From positions 129,112 to 193,111 of the forward strand of contig DAIUDD010000002.1 in the NCBI GenBank assembly GCA_036845805.1: a stretch of DNA of 64,000 nt, read 5' to 3'. Each line of letters starts with the position of its first letter. The first letter of the stretch is position 1. Below the pieces are notes generated by a model. That model was not told the origin of the DNA, did no database searches, and saw nothing but the letters and a program-made list of their open reading frames with translations. Shown here one piece after another: positions 35,430 through 44,694 of this stretch. Position numbers and translations under genes: made by a program. This stretch comes from Patescibacteria group bacterium. Lineage in GTDB: Bacteria > Patescibacteriota > Patescibacteriia > UBA2196.

Positions 35430-38252
35430 TTAAAGAACTTCTTTTAAATATTTTCCAGTCCAGCTTTTTTTAACTTTGGCCACTTGTTCGGGTGTGCCTT
35501 CGGCCACCAAATAGCCGCCCTTATCCCCGCCCTCGGGACCCAAATCAATGACCCAATCAGAATTTTTAATAACGTCAAGATTGTGTTCAATGATTAAGAC
35601 AGAATTTCCCTTAACCACCAACTTTTGTAAAATCAATAATAATTTTTTGATATCATCAAAATGCAAACCAGTAGTGGGCTCATCTAAAATATACAAAGTC
35701 CGGCCGGTGGCGCGACGCGATAATTCAGTGGCAAGCTTAATCCGTTGAGCTTCACCGCCAGACAAAGTATTGGCTGGCTGGCCCAAAGGCAAATAACCCA
35801 AACCAACCTCGGCAAGAGTTTTCATTTTAGCAGTGATAAAAGGATTACCGCGAAAAAAATCACCTGCTTCTTCCACGGTCATTTGTAAAATATCGGCAAT
35901 GTTTTGACCATGGTAATGGATATCTAAAATTTCATTTTTAAATCTCTTACCTTGACAAACTTCGCACAATCGATAAACATCGGGCATAAAATTCATTTCA
36001 ATTTTAACCGCGCCTTCTCCTTGACAAGCTTCACAACGGCCACCAATTACATTAAAAGAAAAAGAACCTGGCTCAAATCTTTTGATTTTAGCTTCAGGCA
36101 AATTAGCAAATAAATCGCGAATGTAGGTAAAGGCGCCGGTATATGTGGCCGGATTAGAACGCGGAGTGCGGCCAATGGGACTTTGATCAACCGTAATAAC
36201 TTTATCTAAATTTTCTAAGCCAATAATTTTTTCGTGGGCTGCTGGCAGATCTTTGGCTTGATAAAAATAGTGAGATAGAGCTTTAGATAAAATTTCAGTA
36301 ATTAAAGTTGATTTGCCAGAACCAGAAACACCGGTAATACTAACTAAAACACCAAGCGGAATTTTAACATCAATGTTTTTTAAATTAAAAGCTTTGGCTT
36401 TTTTTATCATTAAAAATTTACCATTGCCTTTGTGTCTTTTGGTGGCTGTTAAAATCTCTAAACGATTAGCCAAATAAGCACCGGTTAGAGAATTTTTATT
36501 ATTTTTTATTTGAATGGGCGTACCCTCAGCAATAATTTCGCCGCCGTGTTTGCCAGCGCCGGGACCAATGTCGATTAACCAATCGGAAGCTAACATGGTG
36601 GCTTTATCGTGTTCCACCACGATGACACTATTGCCCGAAGCGCGTAAATCTTTTAACGTGGTAATTAATTGCTCGTTGTCTTTTTGATGCAAGCCAATCG
36701 ATGGCTCATCAAGAACATAGATAATACCCGAAAGACCAGAGCTGGTCTGGGTTGCTAAACGCACCCGCTGAGCTTCACCACCGGAAAGTGTTTCCGCAGA
36801 ACGAGCCAGAGATAAATAAGATAAGCCCACTTGGCATAAACAATGTAAGCGCTGGCTAATTTCTTTAATTAAAGGTTTAGCAATTAATGCTTCAGTGGTT
36901 GATAATTTTAAAGTTGATAAAAAATTATTTAAAATTAGTAAATTAAGTTCAGTAATCTGTGCCATATTTTTACCAGCTAATAAAACTGATAGGGCGGTCT
37001 TATTAAGACGACTGCCTTGGCAGGTGGGACAGACAGAAAAACGCATATAACGTTCTAATTCGCTTTTCATGTAATCGGTGTCGGCGGCGGCATATTTATG
37101 GACCAAACTGGGAATAACACCGCTAAACAAATCATCACCATATAAAACAACATCTAATTGTTTTTTGGTGAGCTTGGCAACGGGAATGTGCATGGTAAAA
37201 CCATGACGACTAGCCGCTTTAGCCAAGTCTTCGTTTAAGCGCGCATTAGTTTTGGCCAGTGCCCGGACCCAAGGTCTAATCGCGCCTTCAGCTAAAGTCA
37301 ATTTTTTATTGGGGATAACCAAATCTGGGTCAACTTGTTCTTTAACGCCCAAACCAGCGCAAACAGGGCAAGCGCCCAGAGGAGAATTAAAAGAAAAGAG
37401 ACGCGGTTCAATGGCGGGCAATTGAAAATGACATGCCGGGCAGGAAAGATGAAGAGAAAACATCTTTTCTTCTTTGGTTTTAAGACTAAATAAAGAGACA
37501 AAGCCATTGCCCAATTCAAGAGCAGTGTTTAATTCTTTTTCAAAAATATTACTAGTTAAATTATTTTTCTTTAGTGGTTCATTGTTAATGTTAAAAGTAC
37601 CAGTCACCACATCCAAATCATATTTTTTATCGCTATCAAAAGGAAGCAGCTGGGCTTCATCGATAGATAAAAATTCCTTATTCAGGCGAATGATTTTAAA
37701 CCCAGCTTTTTTAAGCTCGGCTAAAATTTTTTGACTTAAGCCTTTTTTCTGCTGAGCAATGGGAGTTAAAAAATAGACTTCCTGGTGGTTGAAAAAATTT
37801 TTAAGTTCGTTAATTATTTCGTTGATGTTTTTTTGAATCACCTCGCTGCCACAAATTGGACAATGAGGGTGGCCTAAACGGGCCATTAAAAGCCGCAGAT
37901 AATCATGAATTTCAGTCATGGTGCCCACGGTCGAGCGCGGATTTCTGGCAGCGGTTTTTTGATCAATCGCAATGGCTGGCGAAAGGCCGGAAATTTGATC
38001 AACATCGGGCTTATCTTTTAGCGCCGCAAACTGCCTGGCATAAGAAGAAATACTGTCCAGATAACGTCTTTGTCCTTCAGCATAAATAGTATCAAAGGCT
38101 AAGGAAGATTTGCCCGAACCAGAAACGCCGGTAATTACAACTAATTTATTTTTAGGAATATTAACATTAATATTTTTTAAATTATTAACCCGAGCACCAT
38201 GAATGGCAATAAAATCTGAATTTTTATGATTATTTGTTTTGGAACTGGGCAT
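35430..38252 (-). CDS. uvrA: Excinuclease ABC subunit A
   Basis: Two ABC ATPase modules (Walker A 'GVSGSGKSS' and 'GVSGSGKST'; signature 'LSGGEAQR' x2) plus Zn-finger Cys clusters. Start at MPSSKTN (38252); the ORF-track start is 17 codons further upstream. Confidence 0.9.
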   Translation of the reverse strand: MPSSKTNNHKNSDFIAIHGARVNNLKNINVNIPKNKLVVITGVSGSGKSSLAFDTIYAEGQRRYLDSISSYARQFAALKDKPDVDQISGLSPAIAIDQKTAARNPRSTVGTMTEIHDYLRLLMARLGHPHCPICGSEVIQKNINEIINELKNFFNHQEVYFLTPIAQQKKGLSQKILAELKKAGFKIIRLNKEFLSIDEAQLLPFDSDKKYDLDVVTGTFNINNEPLKKNNLTSNIFEKELNTALELGNGFVSLFSLKTKEEKMFSLHLSCPACHFQLPAIEPRLFSFNSPLGACPVCAGLGVKEQVDPDLVIPNKKLTLAEGAIRPWVRALAKTNARLNEDLAKAASRHGFTMHIPVAKLTKKQLDVVLYGDDLFSGVIPSLVHKYAAADTDYMKSELERYMRFSVCPTCQGSRLNKTALSVLLAGKNMAQITELNLLILNNFLSTLKLSTTEALIAKPLIKEISQRLHCLCQVGLSYLSLARSAETLSGGEAQRVRLATQTSSGLSGIIYVLDEPSIGLHQKDNEQLITTLKDLRASGNSVIVVEHDKATMLASDWLIDIGPGAGKHGGEIIAEGTPIQIKNNKNSLTGAYLANRLEILTATKRHKGNGKFLMIKKAKAFNLKNIDVKIPLGVLVSITGVSGSGKSTLITEILSKALSHYFYQAKDLPAAHEKIIGLENLDKVITVDQSPIGRTPRSNPATYTGAFTYIRDLFANLPEAKIKRFEPGSFSFNVIGGRCEACQGEGAVKIEMNFMPDVYRLCEVCQGKRFKNEILDIHYHGQNIADILQMTVEEAGDFFRGNPFITAKMKTLAEVGLGYLPLGQPANTLSGGEAQRIKLATELSRRATGRTLYILDEPTTGLHFDDIKKLLLILQKLVVKGNSVLIIEHNLDVIKNSDWVIDLGPEGGDKGGYLVAEGTPEQVAKVKKSWTGKYLKEVL

Positions 38253-38315
38253 AAAATATTTTTTATTTAACACAATTATATAACCTTTTCTGGTTATGGT
38301 CAAGGAAAATAAAAA

Positions 38316-38338
38316 ACCCCGGCGATCCGGGGTTCAAA
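38316..38338 (-). terminator. Rho-independent terminator (AACCCCGGATCGCCGGGGTT + T-run on minus strand)
   Basis: GC-rich 7-bp stem followed by TTTTTT in minus orientation, immediately after the stop of the Cys-rich ORF. Confidence 0.65.
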
Positions 38339-38344
38339 CTTATA

Positions 38345-38557
38345 TTACTCATTGCCCTGTGCGCACTTGCACACAAGACAAGGAGTGGTGCAGCTGCAAG
38401 CACCAGCTTCGTTGGCTGCTTTTCGGAACACGGGGCAATCTTCTCTATGGGCACAAGATTCTGGACCGCATCCACGGACCCCGGAATCATCTATTCCGCG
38501 ACATGTTGTTTTGCTACACGCCGCCAATCCTGCGGCCACTTGTTTGCAATTAAACAT
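38345..38557 (-). CDS. Cys-rich small protein (70 aa, 11 Cys; metallothionein-like or RiPP-precursor-like; unclassified)
   Basis: MFNCKQVAAGLAACSKTTCRGIDDSGVRGCGPESCAHREDCPVFRKAANEAGACSCTTPCLVCKCAQGNE. SD GGAGGG 8 nt upstream; terminator downstream; local GC about 55% against about 35% background. Confidence 0.4.
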   Translation of the reverse strand: MFNCKQVAAGLAACSKTTCRGIDDSGVRGCGPESCAHREDCPVFRKAANEAGACSCTTPCLVCKCAQGNE

Positions 38558-38575
38558 TAGCCTTAGCCCTCCAAT

Positions 38576-38722
38576 TTATTTTTTAAAAATTTTATCTGGG
38601 ATCAAATATATGACCGCTGATAAAGCTACGGCCACTAAAAAAAATAGTGGAATAAAAAATGGTCGGCAAAATTTATTGTCAGCCAAATTATCAATAAAAA
38701 CTAGAAACTTTTTCATTTTCAT
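38576..38722 (-). CDS. Small hydrophobic membrane peptide (48 aa) co-transcribed upstream of the Cys-rich ORF
   Basis: Hand-translated (not in ORF track): MKMKKFLVFIDNLADNKFCRPFFIPLFFLVAVALSAVIYLIPDKIFKK. Strong SD 'GGGAGGAGAGA' immediately upstream; stop 18 nt before the next ORF's start. Confidence 0.4.
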   Translation of the reverse strand: MKMKKFLVFIDNLADNKFCRPFFIPLFFLVAVALSAVIYLIPDKIFKK

Positions 38723-38789
38723 TCTCTCCTCCCGTTAATGACTTTTAAAAAAATAATTTACTATGTAATTAAAAATTTATTAATCTTTA

Positions 38790-39500
38790 TTACCAATCTT
38801 TAACTCTAAGAGCCTCTTCGGCTGCAGCCATCTGTGCTTCTTGCTTAGAAGTGCCAGTGCCTTGAGCCACCAGCTCATCTTCTAAATAGACCCCGATCAC
38901 AAAATTCTTATTATGATCAGGACCAGATTCAGCTAGAACCTGATAAGAGGGGGTGATTCCGACGCGGTCCTGCGCTTCTTCTTGAAACCGAGATTTGGCA
39001 TCAATATACAATTTTTTATCTAAGATGTTTGGCAGGTGTGTAATAATATTTTTATTAATAAATTCACTGGCCTTAGCTATGCCTTGATCAAGATAAATAG
39101 CGCCAATAATAGCTTCCATGGCGTTAGCCAAAATATAATTGCGAGCCTTCTGGTTTTTATCTTTAGCTTCACCGCGCGATAAATGCAAATATTCCTCCAC
39201 GCCTAATTGATGTGCAATGTCGGCTAACATTTTGGCATTAACCAAAGCGGCTCGCCAGTTAGTCAATTCGCCTTCGGGATTTTTATATTGTTTATAAAGA
39301 TATTCAGTCACTACTAACTCTAAAACAGCGTCGCCCAAAAACTCTAAACGTTCATTGTGGCCCAAAGATAAATCAGGATGTTCATTTAAATAGGAACGAT
39401 GAATTAAGGCCTGGAGCAATAAATTTTCGTCATTAAACCGACAAGTAAGGTGTTTGGCAAACTCACTAATGTTTTTCATAAAAAAAATAGCCCCATTCAA
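38790..39500 (-). CDS. rnc: Ribonuclease III
   Basis: RNase III signature 'ERLEFLGDAVLELVVTEYLY' and C-terminal dsRBD ('GPDHNKNFVIGVYL...AQGTGTSKQEAQMAAAEEAL'). Confidence 0.9.
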   Translation of the reverse strand: MNGAIFFMKNISEFAKHLTCRFNDENLLLQALIHRSYLNEHPDLSLGHNERLEFLGDAVLELVVTEYLYKQYKNPEGELTNWRAALVNAKMLADIAHQLGVEEYLHLSRGEAKDKNQKARNYILANAMEAIIGAIYLDQGIAKASEFINKNIITHLPNILDKKLYIDAKSRFQEEAQDRVGITPSYQVLAESGPDHNKNFVIGVYLEDELVAQGTGTSKQEAQMAAAEEALRVKDW

Positions 39501-39603
39501 AGTTCAAAACCCGCCAAGTTATGAAAACAAAAGCGGATTTTGAAATTTGGATGATTAATTAATTTTTATAAAAGAAAATAAAAGTATTCTGCTTTCAAAA
39601 AAA

Positions 39604-39957
39604 TTATTCTTCATCAATATCGTCTGTTTTTTCTTCTTCTTCAATTTTTATTAAATCTTCTTCTTCGCCAACCACAGCGGTAGTTTCTTCAATTTTTTTC
39701 AGTTTTAATTTTTTTACTAAATTTTCATAATTGGTCGGGTTATCTTTACTTAAAAATTTAAGCAAGCGGCGGCGTTGGCCAATCTTACGCAAAAGACCGC
39801 GCCGAGAAGAAAAATCTTTCTTGTGAATTTTTAAATGTTCAGTTAATTCACGAATTTCTTCTGACAAAATTGCAATTTGCACCTCAGAAGAACCAGAATC
39901 GCTTTCATGAACACGGAATTTTTTGATAATCGCTTCTTTTCTTTTTTTATCTAACAT
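39604..39957 (-). CDS. rpsO: 30S ribosomal protein S15 with acidic C-terminal tail
   Basis: 'GSSEVQIAILSEEIRELTEHLKIHKKDFSSRRGLLRKIGQRRRLLKFL' is the S15 signature. Unusual ~30-aa E/D-rich extension. Start uncertain (39957 or 40002). Confidence 0.75.
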   Translation of the reverse strand: MLDKKRKEAIIKKFRVHESDSGSSEVQIAILSEEIRELTEHLKIHKKDFSSRRGLLRKIGQRRRLLKFLSKDNPTNYENLVKKLKLKKIEETTAVVGEEEDLIKIEEEEKTDDIDEE

Positions 39958-40200
39958 AAATTTATAGCCACGATAATCCGAGTTATAAGCCAAGTTAGAC
40001 AAAATGTTAGCTAAGAACCCAGAAAATCGTCATTAATTGATGTTTTGTATTTTAGCATAAAGTTAAAAATCTTGCAAGTTTGGCAAAAATAAGGTAAAGT
40101 GAGAATAACGATTTTAATCATGATGGCTTGCTTGCAACACCAATAAATCGGCTGGCGCGATGGGCAGAAAATAGTAATCTAAACATCAATTTTAAAAAAT

Positions 40201-40429
40201 AAGTTTTATTACTTGTGCCCTCATAGTTCAATGGAGTTCGAACCAGTAAAGCAAGCAAACCGCTTTGCTTGCGATGGTGAGAACGGGTTTGGGCTTGTGC
40301 CAATAGGCACGACCAAAACCAAGAACACCAGCCTTCTAAGCTGGTTATGTAGGTCCGCCCTAAACCATAAAGGTTTAGGGTGCCATGCACCTTTATGGTG
40401 CATGGCGATTCCTTATTCTTTGTGTTAAC
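40201..40429 (+). pseudogene. Degenerate tRNA-Arg(TCT) copy disrupted by a ~90-nt insertion in the D-loop and a double-hairpin insertion in the T-loop
   Basis: Contains GTGCCCTCATAGTTCAATGGA (acceptor/D 5' side), then ..AGAAC-ACCAGC-CTTCTAA-GCTGGT (intact anticodon arm, anticodon TCT), then TATGTAGGTCCG-[CCCTAAACC..GGTTTAGGG][CGCCATGCACC..GGTGCATGGCG]-ATTCCT (T-loop TCCGATTCCT split by two hairpins). No acceptor 3' strand. Confidence 0.45.
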
Positions 40430-40690
40430 ATGTATTATCATTATATTTTATTACTTGCCAATAGAAGTTTATATAATGGTTTTTCTAACGATTTAAAAAC
40501 TAGATTTTTTGAACATGAAAAAGGCAAGGTAAAATCTACGAAAAATTTGAGACCAGTCAAATTAATCTATTATGAAGCTTTTTTAAATAAAAATGACGCT
40601 TTAAGGAGAGAAAAATATTTCAAAACGAATAAAGGCAAAAAGATGACTAAAATAATATTAAGGGAGTTTTTTAATCAGATAGGCGAATAA
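40430..40690 (+). CDS. GIY-YIG family endonuclease (small Slx1/UPF0213-type, homing-endonuclease-like)
   Basis: 86 aa 'MYYHYILLLANRSLYNGFSNDLKTRFFEHEKGKVKSTKNLRPVKLIYYEAFLNKNDALRREKYFKTNKGKKMTKIIL', matching the GIY-(x10)-YIG pattern, the 'R..EH' motif and the C-terminal 'REK.LK' signature. Confidence 0.7.
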   Translation: MYYHYILLLANRSLYNGFSNDLKTRFFEHEKGKVKSTKNLRPVKLIYYEAFLNKNDALRREKYFKTNKGKKMTKIILREFFNQIGE

Positions 40691-40776
40691 GTTTTATTAC
40701 TTGTGCCCTCATAGTTCAATGGATACTTTTAATTTGCCAGTGGCAAATTAAAAGACCAGCCTTCTATTTATTTTTT
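40689..40776 (+). pseudogene. Second degenerate tRNA-Arg(TCT) 5' fragment (acceptor/D 5' side + hairpin insert + anticodon stem/loop), truncated
   Basis: 35-nt exact direct repeat of 40201-40235 (aagttttattacttgtgccctcatagttcaatgga), then hairpin CTTTTAATTTGCCA-GTGGCAAATTAAAAG, then ACCAGCCTTCTA (anticodon 5' stem + loop), then a T-run. Confidence 0.45.
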
Positions 40777-40848
40777 GCCCCCGTAGCACAATGGATAGTG
40801 CAGTAGCCTTCTAAGCTATTTATAGAGGTCCGATTCCTCTCGGGGGTA
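40777..40848 (+). tRNA. tRNA-Arg (TCT), intact
   Basis: GCCCCCG-TA-GCAC..GTGC-A-GTAGC-CTTCTAA-GCTAT-TTAT-AGAGG-TCCGATT-CCTCT-CGGGGGT-A. Confidence 0.75.
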
Positions 40849-40998
40849 CTTAGAAATGTAGGTCCGAGGGTTTCGCGGTGCCTGTCGGCACATCGCTCAA
40901 CCCGTTGTGGCTACAAAAAGTCAAGCAGTTGACTTTTTGTTTAACGCCACAACTCCACACTGAGGATATAGGTAATAAAATTTATTTTATAAATTAAA

Positions 40999-42246
40999 AT
41001 GGATCAAGAAATTTCCAATTTAATCAAAAAAGAAGAAGCTCGCCAAAGAGAGAGAATTACTTTGATCGCTTCGGAAAATTATGCTTCGCCAAACGTGCGC
41101 GAAGTTTTAAGTTCTGTTTTGGCTAATAAATATTCTGAGGGCGAACCTGGCAAAAGATATTATCAAGGCAATGAAATTATTGATGAAATTGAAACTCTAA
41201 CTAATGCTCGTGCATTAAAAGTTTTTGGTTTAAAAGAAAAAGATTGGCATGTAAATTGCAAAGCGGTTTCCGCTTCTATTGCTAATTTGGCAGTGATTTC
41301 TGGTTTACTAGAACCAGGGCAAAAAATTTTAGCCATGGATTTGACTCATGGCGGACACCTGTCTCATGGTTGGCAATTACCTTCAGGCAAACCAATTTCT
41401 CTTTCCTCAAAAATTTTTAAGGTCAGTTATTATGGTGTTAATAAAAAAACTAATCTTTTTGGTTATAATCAAATTTTGAAAATTGCTAAAAAGTTTAAGC
41501 CCGATTTAATAATTTCTGGCGGCACGGCCTATGCGCGGGATATTAATTATAAAAAAATGTCGGTTATTGCCAAAGCTGTTGGCGCTTATTATTTGGCTGA
41601 CATTGCTCATGAAGCTGGTTTAATTGCTGGCCGAGCGATAAATTCTCCATTTCCTTATGCTGATGTGGTCACCATGTCCACGCAAAAAACTTTAAGAGGT
41701 CCACGCGGCGCTATTATTATTTGTAAAAAAGAATTACAGGAAAAAATTGATAAAGGAATTTTTCCCGGGCTGATGGGTGGCCCTTGTGATAATGTTATTG
41801 CCGCCATTGCTGTTTGTCTAAAAGAAGCGCAAACAGGTGCCTTTAAAAAATATACCAAGCAAACAATAGTTAATGCCAAAGTTTTAGCTCAAGAATTGAA
41901 AAAATATGGTTTTAAAATTGTTACTGATGGTACAGACAAACATTTATTTTTAATTGATTTGAGAAATCTACCAACTGGCGGAAAAAATATCAATGGTCAC
42001 GAGGCTGCTGTTTTATTAGATAAAGCAGGTTTGGTTTGCAATAAAAATACTGTTCCATATGAAACAGGCACGCCCATGAAGCCCTCGGGCATCCGCCTTG
42101 GCACACCAGCTTGCACCACTCGGGGCATGAAAGAGGGTGAAATGAAAATTATTGCTAAATGGATTTATGAAGTTTTGGTTTTAAATAGAAAATCAGAAGA
42201 TGTACTTAAAGAAGTAAAACAGTTGACTAAGAGATTTAAGATTTAA
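40999..42246 (+). CDS. glyA: Serine hydroxymethyltransferase
   Basis: 'LIASENYASPNVREVLSSVLANKYSEG', PLP-Lys region 'VVTMSTQKTLRGPRGAII'; 415 aa. Confidence 0.9.
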   Translation: MDQEISNLIKKEEARQRERITLIASENYASPNVREVLSSVLANKYSEGEPGKRYYQGNEIIDEIETLTNARALKVFGLKEKDWHVNCKAVSASIANLAVISGLLEPGQKILAMDLTHGGHLSHGWQLPSGKPISLSSKIFKVSYYGVNKKTNLFGYNQILKIAKKFKPDLIISGGTAYARDINYKKMSVIAKAVGAYYLADIAHEAGLIAGRAINSPFPYADVVTMSTQKTLRGPRGAIIICKKELQEKIDKGIFPGLMGGPCDNVIAAIAVCLKEAQTGAFKKYTKQTIVNAKVLAQELKKYGFKIVTDGTDKHLFLIDLRNLPTGGKNINGHEAAVLLDKAGLVCNKNTVPYETGTPMKPSGIRLGTPACTTRGMKEGEMKIIAKWIYEVLVLNRKSEDVLKEVKQLTKRFKI

Positions 42247-42304
42247 TTATTTTTTCCCCTCTCCTTTATAAGGAGAGGGTGGGGAGAGGTATTAAAAACC
42301 GTGC

Positions 42305-42748
42305 ATGTTTACGCAACTTTACAATACGGTAGAACGGAAAAATATCAGAAGAGTGTTAAGGAAATCAATGCCTAAAGGTGAAAAACTTTTGTGGTCTAAA
42401 CTTAAAGCTAATCAATTAGGTTATAAATTTAAAAGACAATATAGTATCGGGGCATATATATTAGATTTTTATGCTCCCGCTATTAAACTATGCATTGAAA
42501 TTGACGGTCGAACTCATGATTATGATGAACAAACTAAATATGATGATAAAAGACAAAAATATTTGGAATCAATAGGTATAATTGTTAAAAGATTTAATAG
42601 TAAAGAAATTTTTGATAATATTAATTCAGTAGTAGAACAAATATGGTTCATCGGGGAAGATATTAAAAATAAAAACATAAAAACACCTCTCCCCAACCCT
42701 CCCCTTATTAAGGGAAGGGAGCCGACCTTCATAAGACAAATATGTTAA
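42305..42748 (+). CDS. DUF559 (Vsr/restriction-endonuclease-like fold) endonuclease-domain protein, flanked by GC-rich inverted repeats
   Basis: 'LWSKLKANQLGYKFKRQYSIGAYILDFYAPAIKLCIEIDGRTHDYDEQTKYDDKRQKYLESIGIIVKRF' is typical of DUF559. The last ~20 codons read through the right-hand repeat. Confidence 0.65.
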   Translation: MFTQLYNTVERKNIRRVLRKSMPKGEKLLWSKLKANQLGYKFKRQYSIGAYILDFYAPAIKLCIEIDGRTHDYDEQTKYDDKRQKYLESIGIIVKRFNSKEIFDNINSVVEQIWFIGEDIKNKNIKTPLPNPPLIKGREPTFIRQIC

Positions 42749-43578
42749 ATAACCAAGTTTTTCTTGATGGCAAAGCCGAAGCGGAAAAGCTTATTAATTC
42801 ATTAAAGCAACAAATTGCCCAAAAAAAGATGAACTTAAGCTTGGCCGTTATTTTGGTTGGCAATAACCCGGCTTCTAAGGTCTATGTTAATATTAAAGAA
42901 AAAAGAGCTAAAGAATTGGGGGTGGAATTTAAAAAATATATTTTACCAGCTACTGTGAGTGAAAATAAAATTTTAACTTTAATTAATAAATTAAATAATA
43001 ATAAAAAAATAACTGGGATTTTGTTGCAATTACCTTTACCAAAAAAATTTAAGACTAATAAAATAATCCAAGCTATTGATATCAAGAAAGATGTGGATGG
43101 GCTCTGTCCCTCTCTCCTTACGAAGGAGAGGGGTGGGGTGAGGTTATTAATTATTTCACCAACTATTCAAGCAATTTCACACTTAATCAAATTATCAAAA
43201 ATAAGGTTAGCGGGTAAAAAGGCAGTGATTTTATGCCATAGCCAAGAATTTGCTCAATCGTTGAAGCAAGAATTATGTAGACAAAAAATTAGTGTGGACG
43301 TTTTATTGAAACCTCCTATTAAAACTCATAATTCATTATCCGTAATTCATTATTCAATTGTTATTATTGCTTTGGGCAAAAAATATTTTCTTAAATCAAA
43401 AATGATCAAAAAAAATGCGGTTATTATTGATGTGGGTATAAACAGGGTTGATAAAAAAATATTTGGTGATGTTGATCCAAGATGTTTTAAAAAAACAAAA
43501 TACATTTCGCCAGTACCGGGCGGGGTAGGACCTTTAACAGTGGCTTATTTATTTAAAAATTTAATAAAATTAAAATAA
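42742..43578 (+). CDS. folD: Bifunctional methylenetetrahydrofolate dehydrogenase/cyclohydrolase carrying an in-frame palindromic insertion
   Basis: FolD motifs 'ILLQLPLP', 'KDVDG', 'IIDVGINR', 'PVPGGVGPLTVAYL'. The expected 'HPxNxGxL' segment after KDVDG is replaced by 'LCPSLLTKERGGVRL', encoded by a GC-rich hairpin repeat (43101-43145). Confidence 0.75.
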   Translation: MLNNQVFLDGKAEAEKLINSLKQQIAQKKMNLSLAVILVGNNPASKVYVNIKEKRAKELGVEFKKYILPATVSENKILTLINKLNNNKKITGILLQLPLPKKFKTNKIIQAIDIKKDVDGLCPSLLTKERGGVRLLIISPTIQAISHLIKLSKIRLAGKKAVILCHSQEFAQSLKQELCRQKISVDVLLKPPIKTHNSLSVIHYSIVIIALGKKYFLKSKMIKKNAVIIDVGINRVDKKIFGDVDPRCFKKTKYISPVPGGVGPLTVAYLFKNLIKLK

Positions 43579-43692
43579 TAATTATAAATTTAAAAACACC
43601 CTAAAATTAATTAGAGTGTTTTTTATTTAACTTAAAATAATCATTATTCGAAAGAATAATTAATAATTCGGCCACTATCTTAATTTTAAATT

Positions 43693-43950
43693 TTATTCGG
43701 TGACCAGATAAACTTCTACCCCTTCTTTAACCGGACTATCAACCTTAAAACCAATTTCATCACCGGCGTTAGCAGTCTCGATGTTTTGTCCATCAATTTG
43801 CATGGAAGAGAGGGTTTGCGTGAAATCAGCGCCATGACCAATAAGATGAATAACATCACCAACCTTCAAGGAGGCCTCTACTCTCATGGCGGCCACGGAA
43901 ATTTTGCCAAAATAGTGGGTAATTTTGCCAATTAGTTTTTCTTCGGCCAT
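43693..43950 (-). CDS. Small beta-barrel protein (EF-Tu domain-2-like; hypothetical)
   Basis: 85 aa; Gly/Val-rich beta pattern 'KVGDVIHLIGHGADFTQTLSSMQIDGQNIETANAGDEIGFKV'; co-oriented with the DsbA-like and Grx genes upstream. Confidence 0.4.
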   Translation of the reverse strand: MAEEKLIGKITHYFGKISVAAMRVEASLKVGDVIHLIGHGADFTQTLSSMQIDGQNIETANAGDEIGFKVDSPVKEGVEVYLVTE

Positions 43951-43951
43951 A

Positions 43952-44683
43952 TTATTTTTTTAATAATTGATCAATAATGGTTTTTAAATTTTCATAAGGC
44001 ACTGCACCGGGCACAGGATTATTGTTAATAAAATTAGTCGGGGTGCCTTGTACGCCAGATTCTACGCCTAAATTATAATCAGCTAAAATTTTCTCTTTAT
44101 ATTTCTCTTCTTCGATACAGGTATTAAATTTATCAGTATCGAGATTTAATTGGCCAGCAAATTTGCTAAAACTCGCTTCAGATAAGGTGTCCTGATTAGC
44201 AAAAATCATATCGCTCATTTCCCAAAACTTATCTTGCTCGCCAGCACATTCAGCTGCCAAAGATCCAGGCATGCCCAAAGGATGAGAAGCAATAGGAAAG
44301 TTTTTAAAAACCCAAACAACTTGATCGCCATATTCCTTAACAATCTTAGCCATGGTTTCTTGGTGTCTGGCACAATAAGGACATTGAAAATCAGAAAATT
44401 CAAAAATTTTAACTGGGGCGTTTTTATTACCACGCACATGATCATTATCAGAAATTTTTAAATCAACCTTAACCGCTGGTTCATTTTCATTGTTTTGTTG
44501 ATTAGCTGCTTGATTGTTATTATTGGCATTATTATTAGCTTGATTATCTTTGTTAGAAAAACCACCAGTAAAATAGGCAGCGGTGGAAATAAGAGCAATG
44601 CCCAAAATCAGTCCTAAGAAAAAATTTACTTTAGGAGAATCAGTAATAAATTTTTGTGAAGTTTGATTGTTTGCTTCAGTCAT
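43952..44683 (-). CDS. DsbA-like thioredoxin-fold thiol:disulfide oxidoreductase, membrane-anchored
   Basis: N-terminal TM, Asn/Gln-rich linker, CxxC 'FQCPYCARHQ', and thioredoxin-fold C-terminus. Confidence 0.75.
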   Translation of the reverse strand: MTEANNQTSQKFITDSPKVNFFLGLILGIALISTAAYFTGGFSNKDNQANNNANNNNQAANQQNNENEPAVKVDLKISDNDHVRGNKNAPVKIFEFSDFQCPYCARHQETMAKIVKEYGDQVVWVFKNFPIASHPLGMPGSLAAECAGEQDKFWEMSDMIFANQDTLSEASFSKFAGQLNLDTDKFNTCIEEEKYKEKILADYNLGVESGVQGTPTNFINNNPVPGAVPYENLKTIIDQLLKK

Positions 44684-44694
44684 ATAATAATTAA

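Noticed and set aside
40118-40441. 107-aa minus-strand ORF and 40213-40428 plus ORF
   Set aside because: Overlap the degenerate tRNA-Arg copy and its hairpin inserts; reading frames created by tRNA-like and palindromic sequence.
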